Notes under the pieces: model-generated
Database searches by the model: none
What the model saw: the letters and a program-made list of their open reading frames with translations, nothing else
Told to the model about the DNA's origin: nothing
Shown here: in pieces, positions 53,025-64,000 of the stretch
How the letters are laid out: each line of letters begins with the position of its first letter
Numbering within the stretch: the first letter of the stretch is position 1
Made by a program: the position numbers and the translations under genes
Source: Welwitschia mirabilis
Lineage: Eukaryota
Assembly (NCBI GenBank): GCA_051453625.1
Contig: JBOZIK010000001.1
Location: 26,819,994-26,883,993 of the forward strand
Direction of reading: 5' to 3'
DNA: 64,000 bases

Positions 53025-56000
53025 TTAGCATAGGTAGAAATATTAAATTAATGGTTTTATCAGATATTAATGTTTTTTACCCTTTTTATTACTTCAACAT
53101 GAAATTATGGGCCTCCTTAACATATGCAAGTTTTTAGATGGATTTTAAATAATACTATAAAACCCACCAAATGTTGGTGTTGTCAATATTAATCACATTG
53201 GAGAACTAATTACATTGGACTTATGAGCTTAGTCAGACATAAATCAAATTTAACTTGAGCTCTGGCAAAACACGGTAAAAGTACAAATCAACATATTGCA
53301 GTGACATGTGGCATAATGAGGATGATTGAGATGAATACACATGACATGACATCCATTGGTAGCATTATTAATACTCAAAGAACACATCATCATCATGTTT
53401 TCAATTTAAGACACAAGAATCATCTTTATAGCTATATGCCAAACAAATTTGGAACTTCCTCCTTATGTAACTGCCCTTAAGTAGTCCTCCTTGTGTAACC
53501 ACCACCTAATGCATAAATATGACACCTGATGTAATTATAACATAACTCCCAAGCATTTCTCATCTTTAAAAGGGCCTTGCATGCCCATGTAAACATCTTT
53601 TACTTAGCTTAACGTGGGAAATACTTGAAGGTTAGGACATCATGATGTGCTAATACTCTTTCTTAGGGGTGGAAGGATCTAAGGCTAGTTGAGGAGTCTT
53701 TCTCCTTCACCTTTTTTCATTAATGTAATGTATTATATCTTTTAATTTTAATAAATAATTAGTTTAAACTTTTATTATTAATGCATAATTTCAATTGGTA
53801 TTAGCAATGTTTAAGTAGGATTAGTTCTTAAAATAGGTTATTCTTTTACTATTAATGATTAGAAAATAATATTCACAATATTTAAGTGAGATTATTTAAC
53901 TTCCAAACCATGTGAGTTATTTTAAGTTACTTTTTTGATTCATAGTTCCTATTGTTGGATGGATTTTATATACTTTAGTTCATACTTTCTATGCTTATAA
54001 AGGGCTGTGAAGTGTCAGGAGGACTCAATAACTTACTAACACTTATGTGATGGATAAGATTATGCTTTCATGCTGAACCTTAATGGCTTCATGATTTAGT
54101 GCATGTTTTAGGACACAAAAATCATTGAATTAAGGAGGAAAGTTGGATGAATAGCTAGATCCTTGGAGAATTTTCATTTCATTATGTCATATACTAAAGA
54201 TCATTTCCTTTCTCAACTTCTAATTTTATTTCATTTGAGTTTGTGTTATAACTTATAATAATTATATACCTTTTAAGTAATTTATTTCCTATATTCCTAT
54301 GAAAGAATAATTCTGAGTGTACTTAAATAAATTTGAATCATTACAAATCTATGATCAATTGATTTTCTTCCTAGAAATTATGAATTCCAAAACCTATATA
54401 TTCATCATCAGGAGTTTATACATTCCTTTATCCCTTATGATTCTTATCCTTTAACTTCATATTCATCATCCTTTGATTCATACCCTTAATCTCACTTCTC
54501 ATATCCTTCATTCTTTAACCAACACCCTTTCATCTTCTAAACCCAAAAATCCTTTTCAAATTTATTAAAAGATAACCTTATAAAATTCATGGAATCCCAA
54601 ATGCAAAAAAACCAAAGACTTAAAAAAGACATCTAAAAGTTAACTCAAGTTACTATTCAAATATTTAGAACACCAGAAGAAGAAAACCTTTCTACATTCC
54701 ATGAAACTACAAGCTTAGAAGACTTTGAAAGGATGAATGAAACTAGAATTGATGACACTCAAACCTTATTCCTTAGGAATGAGAAAGAAACCCACAATGA
54801 AACCAATGATAACATCAAAGAAAACATTGACTTCTTACATGTCTTTGAGAGTGAATATTTGCATGCAAATAAACTATATTTAAGAGTAAGATTAGATGGT
54901 TTAAATGTAATGATCAATCCATAAGAAGTGAGCAAACATTTAAGAAAGAAGGAAAACTAGAGTATCATATAATAGAGGATGAAAGTGACATTGAAAGTAG
55001 CCTATTTTTGAACCTCAACTAATGTCATTTGCATAACCATGTAAGGAAGAATTCCTTGAGAACCTTAACAAGGAAGGGAACATTAACCAAGAGAATTTAC
55101 AAGATTTAACCTTCAAGTAATCCTTTTCTCAATAACATCTTGAACCTATCATATCATTTTCATCTCTTAAGCAAGATGTGAATCTTTATGATGAAGACAA
55201 ATCCACACCTTCAGAACCATCTTTTAATACTTCTTTTTATGATCATTTGCCTTCCATGGGTTTCACTTAACCTTGATCTTCATCCAAAAATGATATCTTG
55301 CATGAGTTGTTAAGTAGAAAGAATAGGACAAGGTTTGGATCATTTCTGATTTTGAATGTATTAACTTGATAGCTAGCATTAATGTTGTTTCTAATTTTTT
55401 GGATTTATGTATAAATGTTTATAGGCATTCAATCATCTCTTTGAATGCATTATATAACTTCAATTTATCATTTAACCACTGCATTCATTATTTTAAACCT
55501 TCATGTTTGCAATACGTTATAAAAGGCCTTGAAAAAATTTTCATTTTGTTGTATGCATCTAAATTAGACTTTTCTTTTAGAATAAATTTAGCTTAAAAAT
55601 TAAAAATTCTTAAAAATTTTATGCTTAATGCCATTTATCATTTAAAACCTCATAAGCACTTCCACTTATACAATTACCGACTTAAACATTTTCAGGTAGG
55701 AACTCCTAAATACCACCTAATTCATAAAATAAATCATCAAATCCACTTCCATTGCTTTTATTTCTGTTCCACCTAATAAATTCTACTAACCACTCTCCCC
55801 TTCCATATATCTATGAATTCATTAAATTAGATGATCCTAGTTGATGGTTCTAAGTGGATAAATTGTTAATAAGTGATCACATTCTTCTTACAATTTAGGT
55901 AGAATTTAAGTTTACTTGTAATTTATCAAAAGGAATTTTTATTTATTTTAAAGTTATCTTGTTAAGATTTAGTTTCACTTGATGTCTTCCAATGGGAAAA

Positions 56001-57039
56001 CATAGTTGAATTCAAGTGAAATATACTTTTAGGCTGAGCAAATTATTTACAAACATTTTATGGAAACAAGAATTATCTTGATTAAGCTAATGAGCCAATG
56101 ATCCCTTTATGTGTATAAAAATGTATTGCATATGAGGAGGATGATTAAAAATAAAGTAAACAAATATCTCTTCAAAACATATTATTTAATGATTAATTAA
56201 AATTAGATTTAGTTAATTACATTAGGTCTATGTACACTCGTAGGTAATGCAGCTCTAATGATTTAATTTATGACATGTCCAACTACATTAGGGCTATAAA
56301 CACTCACTAGTAATGCAATACTAGCTCCTTCAGTCAACATGCTTAACTCTATTGGAAGGAGATGTTATAATAGTAAATGCTCAATTAGATAAAAAATGCT
56401 TGAAATATGAAATAAGGCATGATTGCAGAAAAGGTAAATTAAAATGAAAAAGGTGGAATTGGGAGGTGCTTTTTGTGTTTATTTTTTCTTAACTTGTATC
56501 CTTGGAGATTTTACTTAAATAATTTTTTATTACTTCTAGGTTTACTTAGAGACATGTTGTTTGTTTAATTATATAACACATTTAAATTTAAAATAAAATT
56601 TATGAAATTTTCAATAAATGTGGCCATTATCTTAGGTATTCTATCTTTTAACTGAGGAGATAATGGAATTTTCATTAGATTGCATGTTTGTGTTCTTTAA
56701 AAATTTCACTTTAGTTTAAGCCTTACATTCATTATTTTCCATTAATACATTCATCATCATCATGTGCTAGCCTAATTAACTTATTCTCAAAAGTCTTGTA
56801 TAAAATTTTCCATATTTCATACTTTAAGCACATAGTTGAATTTTGGTTACGGGGTATGATATCTGCTTCTACAAATATTTTTTAATTTTGATGTTTTATT
56901 AACTAAAAATTAATCAAAAATTCTTCAAAAATATCATATCATTTCTTTACTTGCCATATTTCACTTACTCAATTGTTCCATAACACCACTTCTTCATCAC
57001 TTTTTGCTAAGAGACTAGTCAAACGCTGCTTAAGGAGTG
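53025..57039 (+). repeat. Array unit 1 (remainder of LTR1 to ~54340 plus internal region)
   Basis: Collinear with 57087-61189; decayed gag-like reading ~54380-55600 (LLKDNLIKFMESQ...MNETRIDD). Confidence 0.9.
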
Positions 57040-60000
57040 TGTTTGTATGTCAAAATTGACATACTAAGCAAGTATAATTGATTAATTTAGCATAGGAAGA
57101 AATATTAAATTAATGGTTTTATCATCTTTAATGTTTTCTGCCCTTTTTGTCACTTCTACATGAAATTATGGACTTTCCTTAATATAAGTAGGTTTGTTGC
57201 TAGCTTTTAAAGAACATTGTAAAACCTTGAATATTCCCAACATCAAACATTAGGATCATCAGCCAGGATACTGGTGATACCAGCCTTTTAAAGAAAGATA
57301 TGAAAATTCTCATGTTCCTATAATGATTTAGAGAATTAATCACTTTAGGCTTATGAGCTCAGTCAGACATAAATCATATTTAACCTTAAGCTCTAGTAAC
57401 ACATGGAGGACTGACAAATCAATACATTACAGCAACATGTGGCATAATAAGAATGATTAAGATAAAGACACATGACATGACATTCGTTAGCATCATTATC
57501 AACAGTAAAGGGATATGTCATTACTATGTTTGCACTTGAAGATAAAGGAATCATCTTTATGACTACATGTCAAACACATCTGTAACTCCCTCCTTATGTA
57601 ACTTCCCTTAAGTAACCTCCCTTTATGTAACTACCACCTAATGCATAAAGAAAACACTTAATGTGATCACGACATAACTCTTCAAGCTTCTCTCATTTAT
57701 AAAATAGCCTTATGTACCCATTATAAACATCTTTTGATTAGCTTAACATGGGAAAGACTTAGAGGCTAGGATGTTATGATGCTCTAATACTTTTTCCTGG
57801 GGACAGAATGATCCCAGGCTAATTGAGGAGTCTTTATTCTTTACCTTTCTTAATTAATGTAATGTATGACCTCTTTTAATTTTTATAAAGAATTAGTTTG
57901 AATTCTTTTATTGTTAGTTCATAATTTCAATTGATATCACTAGTGTTTAGATAGAACTAGTTCTTAAAACAGGTTCATTCTTTTATTGTTAATGATCAAA
58001 AAATGATATTAGCAATCTTTAGGTAAGCTTATTTAATTATAAAGTTATTTTGAACAATGTGAATTATTTGAAGTTACTTTTATGATTTATAGTTCTTTGT
58101 GTTTGATATATCTTATATGCTTCTATTCATACTTTCTATGCTTATAAAGGGTTATGAAGTATCAGGAGGACTAGATAACTTACCAACACTTATGTGCTAA
58201 ATGAAATTATGTTTCCACATTAAGCCTTAATGACTTGATGATTTAGTGCATGTTTCAGGATATAGGAATTCTTAGAGCAAAGGAGGAGAGCTGGATGAAT
58301 CACTAGATCCTTAGAGCATTTCTGTTTCCTTACATCATCTATCAAAGATCACTTCCTTTCTCAGCTTCTGATTTTATTTTGTTTGAGTTAGTATTGCAAG
58401 ATAAAATAATTGTGTACCCTTTGATTAATTTACCTCCTATATCCCTGTGGAAGAATGATTCTAAGTATATAAACTCAGATAAATCCTGATCACTATAAAT
58501 CTATGATTAAATTAATATACCTTTTAGTGATTATAAATTCCAAAACCCATATATCCATCATCAAGAACTTGATCCTACATATTTCCTTATCACTTATGAT
58601 ACTTATCCTTTAACTTCATATTTGACATCCTTTAATTCATAACCTTCATCTCACTTTCCATATCCTTCATTTTTTAATTAACACCCTTCATCTTCTAACA
58701 TTCAAAAAACCTCTTAAAATTCATTAGATGATATCCCTGTGGAATTCATAAAAGCCTAGGTGCAAATAAACTAAAGACATGGGTAAAACATCTAACAGTT
58801 AACCGAAGTTACTACTGAAATATTTAAAACATTAGAAGAAGAAAATATTCTTACATTACATGAATCTAAATCTTGAAGGGATTAAAGAAACTAGAGTTGA
58901 TGACACTTAAATCTTATCCTTAGGAATGAAAAAGAAACTAACAATAAAACCAATAATAACATCCAAGAAGGCCTTGACTTTAGACATGCCTTAGAGAGTG
59001 AATGGTTGCATGTAAATAGATTGTATTTTGAAGTGGGGTTAGAAATTTTAAATGATGATGATCAATCCATAAGAAGTAAAAAAGGATTTAAGGGAGAAGG
59101 AATTCTAAAGTGCTATATAACATAGGATGAAAGTGACATTGAAAATGAACCTATCTTTAAAATCAACCAATATTATTTGCACAACCATGTAAGGAAGAAT
59201 CACTTTAGAATCTTAACAAGGAAGATAAAGGAAGAGAATTTACAACATCGAACCTTTAATAAACCCTTTTTTCAATAACATCTTAAGCCTATCATATCAT
59301 TTTCATCTCTTAAATAAGACTTAAACGTTGATAAACCCACACCTTTGGAACCATCTTATGACACTTCATTTGATGATTATTCACCTTTTATGATTTTCAC
59401 TTTACCTTTGTCTTCATCCAAAAATGACATCTTGCATGAGTTATTAAGTAAATAGAAACATGGTAAGGGTTGGAATATTTTTTATTTTAAATGTATTAAC
59501 TTTACAGCTAGTATTAATGTTCTTCCTATTTTCTTGGATTCATGTGTAAATGTTTATAAGGATTCACTTGCCTCTTTGAATGCATTGTATAATTTTGATT
59601 CATCATTTAGACATTGCATTCATTATTTAAGCCTTCACTTAGAAAAGGCCTTGAAACATTTTTTATTTTATTGCATACATTTAAATTAGATTTTTTTTTA
59701 ATGTACATTTTCCTTTTAGAATAAATTTTTACTTAAAAATATTCTTAAAATTTTTGTGCTTTATGTCCTTTCTATGTTTAAACCTCACAAGAAATTCCAC
59801 TTATATACTTACTGACTTAAACATTTTTAGGTAGGAAATCCTAAATACCACCCATTTCATAGAATAATGCATCATCATTCCAAATTCTACTTCTCATCCC
59901 TTTCACTTATGTTCTACCTAATAAATTCCACCCACCACCATTCCCTTCCATCTATTTATGAATTCAATATGTTAGATGATCCTAATTAGTGGCCCCAAGT

Positions 60001-61189
60001 AAAAAAACTATTAATAAGTAATCACATTATTATTATGAATTAGGTAGAATTTAAGTTTACCTATAGTTTGTTAAGAAGAAGTTTTTCTTATTGTGGAGTT
60101 AACTTATTAAGGTCTAGTTTCACTTAAGATCTTCTAATGGGAAGATATGGTTGAATTAAGGTGGGATTTACTTTTAGGCTAAGTGAATTATTTAAAAGCA
60201 TTTATGAGAATAATAATTATCTTGATTAGGATAATGAGCCAATGAACCCTTTACGTGCATAAAAATGTATTGAATATGAGGAGGATGATTAAAATGAAAA
60301 TAAAGAAATATCTTTTAAAAATAATATTATTTACTAATTAATTAAAATTAGGTTTATTTAACCACATTGGAGCTATGAACACTCACAGGTAATGTAGTTC
60401 CAATGATTTAATTTATGACATATTCATCTACATTAGTGCTCTAAACACTCACTAGTAATATAGCACTAACTCCTTCATAAATCAACATGCTTAACTCTAC
60501 TGGAAGGAGATGTCACAACACTGAATACCTAGTTACATAAAAAATGCTTGAAATATGAAATAAGGCATGATCATAAAAATGGCAAATTCGAATGAAAAAG
60601 GTAGAATTGAGAGATGCTTTTTGTGTTTAATTTTTCTTAACTTGTATACTTGCAGATTTTACTTAACTAATTTTTAATTACTTGTAGGTTTACTTAGAGG
60701 ATATCTTATTTGTCTAATTATATGGAACATTTAAATTCAGAATAAAATTTATAAAATTTTTAATAAATGTGACCATTATCTTAGGTATTCTATCTTTTGA
60801 TTGAGTAGATAATGGAATTTTCATTAGATTACATGTTTTTTATTCCCTAAAAATTGCACGTTAGTTTAAGCCTTACATTCATTGTTTTTCATAAATACAT
60901 TTATTATCATCATGTGCTAGCCCAATTAACTTATACTCAAAAGTCTTGTATAAAATTTTCCATATTTTATAACTTTGAGAACAAAGTTAAATTTTGATTA
61001 GAAGGTATGACATTTACTTTTATAAACATTTTCCAATTTTGATGCTTTATTAATTAAAAATTAATCCAAAATTCTTTACAAATGTTATATCATTTCTTTA
61101 CTTGCCATTTTTCACTTAGTCAGTTTTTTCATTATACCATTTCTTCATCGCTTTTTGCTAAGGACTAGTAAAAGAATGCTTAAAGCATG
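57040..61189 (+). repeat. Array unit 2 (LTR2 ~57040-58490 plus internal region), 4150 bp
   Basis: TG start, tataaaa box at ~57698, tccctgtggaagaa U5-like motif at 58442, collinear with units 1 and 3. Confidence 0.9.
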
Positions 61190-62196
61190 TGTTTGTATGC
61201 CAAAATTAACATAGTAAGCAAGTATAATTGATTAATTTAGTATAGGAAGAAGCACTAAATTAATGGTTTTATCATATATTAATGTTTTTTGCCCTTTTTA
61301 TCACTTTTGCATGAAATTATAGACTTTTCTTACTATAAGCAGATTTGTTACTAGCTTTTAAAGAGCATTATAAAATCTTAAAGATTTTCAACACCAAACA
61401 TTGGGATCATCAACCAGGACTACCAGTGCTACTGAACTTTTGAACAAAGATATGAAAAATCTCATGTTCCTATAATGATTTGGAGAATTAATCACATTGG
61501 ACTTATGAGCTTATTCATACATAAATCGTATTTAACCTTAAGCTAGTGACACATGAAGAAAGTATGAATAGATACATTACAGTGACATGTGACACAATGA
61601 GAATGATTGAGATTAAGACACATGACATGGCATTCATTGACAGCATCATCAATAATCAAAGGACATTTCATCACTATGCTTGCACTTGAAGATAAAGGAA
61701 TCATCTTTATGACTATATGTTGAACACATTTGTAACTCCCTCCTTATGTAACTTTTATTAAGTAATCCCCCTTTATGTAATTACCACCTCATGCATAAAG
61801 AAAACACCTAATGTGGTCATGACATAACTATTCAAGATTTTTTTAATTTATAAAATATCCTTGTGTACTCATTATAAACATCTTTTGGTTAGCTTAACAT
61901 AGGAAAGACTTAGAGGCTAAGATCTCATAATGCTCTAATATGCTTTCTTGGGGGCGAAATGATATTAGGCTAGTTGAGGAGTTTTTCTCCTTTACCTTTC
62001 TTGATTGATATAATGCATGATCTCTTTTCATTTTTATAAAAAATTAGTTCAAACCCTTATACTATTAATTCATAAGTTTAATTGATATTACTAGTGTTTA
62101 GATAGAACTAGTTCTTAAAATAGGTTCATTTTCTATTGTTAATGATTAAAAAATAACATTAGCAATCTTTAGGTAAGCTTATTTAATTATCAAGTT
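61190..62196 (+). repeat. Array unit 3 (LTR3, truncated after ~1 kb)
   Basis: Collinear with 57040-58045 until the (TTC)n-T8 tract. Confidence 0.9.
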
Positions 62197-62940
62197 CTTC
62201 TTCTTCTTTTTTTTGAAAAAGTATATATATTAGACTAGAAAATGTACATCAAGGGGTATTAATGCCCAGAAATGAGAGGATAATTAACTATTCAGAAAAG
62301 GTTATTCCACTAACTATTGAGAGGAGAACTGAGAAACAGAATAGAAATGGACAAAACTGGCCCTTGACAACACAAACATGGGAAATGCCTATCTAGAAGA
62401 GTAAAATCATAAAAAAAGAAAAACATTATTCTACTAATAGACTAGGGTTAAAAATAACCCTTGAGTCCAGAAGTTACAAAAAACTTACTTTTAACAAGGA
62501 ACAAACCTAAGGGGAGAGGATTAGAGTCCTCTATAGAATGAGAACAAGTTACCATAATTATAGTCAAGAAGGAATCTATCCATATCATTAGAAAGAATCT
62601 CAAATACTTGATTTACCTCCTTAAATTATTTAGCACCTACTGGATTTTTGTTTGGATGTAGTCTTAGGGATTTCTTCCTATAGCTAGATTTAATGGCTTG
62701 AGGGAGGTCTCTGTGAGAGAGTCTTAATGTAATATTTTTCTTAATCTTTAATTCTTTTTATTTCACCTCATAATTTCTTTACTAATGATTTATGTTACCA
62801 TGGGATTTCTTCTAAGAATTTATTTTCTCTAAATCAAGGATCATCTACTAGTAAAGTGGATTCATAAAACTCATGGAAAGGTAAACATGATGGAGTAGGA
62901 GGAAAAAAAGTTGACCGACAATGAATAGACTACCTAAATG
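62197..62940 (-). mobile_element. Poly(A)-tailed retroposed insertion (5' end undefined)
   Basis: (TTC)n then T8 at 62207-62214 exactly where LTR3 homology stops; UTR-like 62215-62520; J-domain frame beyond. Confidence 0.6.
62521..62790 (-). pseudogene. DnaJ/Hsp40 J-domain remnant
   Basis: ...GEIKRIKD*EKYY/ (frameshift) LRLSHRDLPQAIKSSYRKKSLRLHPNKNPVGAK*FKEVNQVFEILSNDMDRFLLD...*; HPN at 62658-62650 in place of HPD. Confidence 0.85.
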
Positions 62941-64000
62941 AGATTCCTATATTAAATGAAGCACATAATGAGTAAGTAAAATTAGGTCGTTAGTTAAGTG
63001 TTGCACATCATCCTATTTGCCTAATGTTTCTATCTTTGACATGATAGATAAAATTATGGTCAAATGCTTACGAACACACATGTAATACCTATACATTCGT
63101 AAGCATAATATAAATGATAAAGTAAGGTAAAGGTAAAGTATTAGTTTTTTCTATGGTCTATATTAAATCATTCATAATAAATAAACACATTTTGTACTAT
63201 TATTGAGATTATATTACAACATTTATTTAGATAAAATATATTTTTGTATGGTTTGACATATACTTGTGTTCCATAAGTTAGTAGAAATTATATTGTCTAG
63301 TTGTTAACTCTAAAGCATCACCACACTAATAAGTTAGACCACTGTGACGTGGTTATAAACCTTCCAATCATGGTTTAAAATGGGCTTTGTAAGTCTCATT
63401 TCTAGGCATATAATAATATGACCAATTTAACTTATTAATTAATATAAAAATATCTTTTAGCAATATACGACCTTATTCATGATTTCATAAGATGGTCAAT
63501 GGGACAATAGCCTAACTAGTGGAACAATTATTCTCCATTTAGGAGGTTGTACATTTAAATCTTTAGATGACTTAATTAGTATAGTATAAGCCCCTAAATA
63601 ATTAAATAATTCATTTCAATGATCATGGTGGTTTGGTTTGTAAGGAAGAGGTATAATTGTTAAAAGTTTTAACATTTCTCATCATGATTTCATAAATAAA
63701 ACATAATAATTATTAATATTAAGATTATAAAGTAAGTCTAATTAAGGGGTTAAAATATATAAAATCTATGTTTTAATAGTCCTATACAACATTTGAATAC
63801 TTTGTTCTAAAGTTATTTATCACAATGTTTAGCATAACTTTTATGTTATTATGGCAAATAAATATGATTTCTTATAAAATGCAACATTTCGACTTTAGGT
63901 TCAAGTTGAAAGACTTCGTATAAATGTAAAGCAATTGATATAATCTCGGAATAGTGACTTGATCCTTTTCTTATGGTTTTACTTCATGTTGTTGTTTTTG

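Larger units (their letters stand above)
40761..62196 (+). mobile_element. Tandem array of a ~4.1-kb pol-less Athila-like LTR element (LTR-int-LTR-int-LTR), first LTR split by the Athila insertion
   Basis: Unit starts TGTTTG(C/T)ATG at 40761, 57040 and 61190; 40761-40805 joins 53025 after removing the insertion; starts 2 and 3 are preceded by the Athila-type tttgctaa.gactag..aa motif and a decayed PPT. Confidence 0.85.

Noticed and set aside
63300-64000. Second minus-strand Helitron helicase relic, or resumption of LTR3 near 63808
   Set aside because: Only faint motif echoes (taaagttattt..acaatgt; HNNIKVML) that do not extend convincingly by eye.
1-64000. Species assignment (the ancient TE landscape and gap style recall the early Amborella draft)
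   Set aside because: No diagnostic sequence; cannot be supported without a database search.

Overview
AT-rich, gene-free stretch of a land-plant nuclear genome from a gapped draft assembly (many fixed 100-N gaps). It is essentially a graveyard of old, nested transposable elements and I found no intact cellular gene, rRNA, tRNA or CRISPR array. The clearest element is a structurally complete but decayed Athila-type Ty3/Gypsy retrotransposon (40806-53019; two LTRs, tRNA-Asp PBS, PPT, ATCAT target-site duplication, internally duplicated gag). It inserted 45 bp inside the first LTR of an older head-to-tail array of a ~4.1-kb pol-less Athila-like element (LTR-internal-LTR-internal-LTR, 40761-62196). 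The third LTR of that array is cut by a poly(A)-tailed minus-strand insertion carrying a decayed DnaJ/J-domain frame that the ORF track does not show. Other remnants: a younger LINE with a 13-bp TSD nested in a decayed Copia, a SIRE-type Copia, further LTRs of both Athila families, a Helitron/PIF1-type helicase fragment, several tandem repeats and an unexplained GC/CpG-rich island at ~35.6-35.95 kb. All alignments, translations and divergence figures were done by eye and are approximate.
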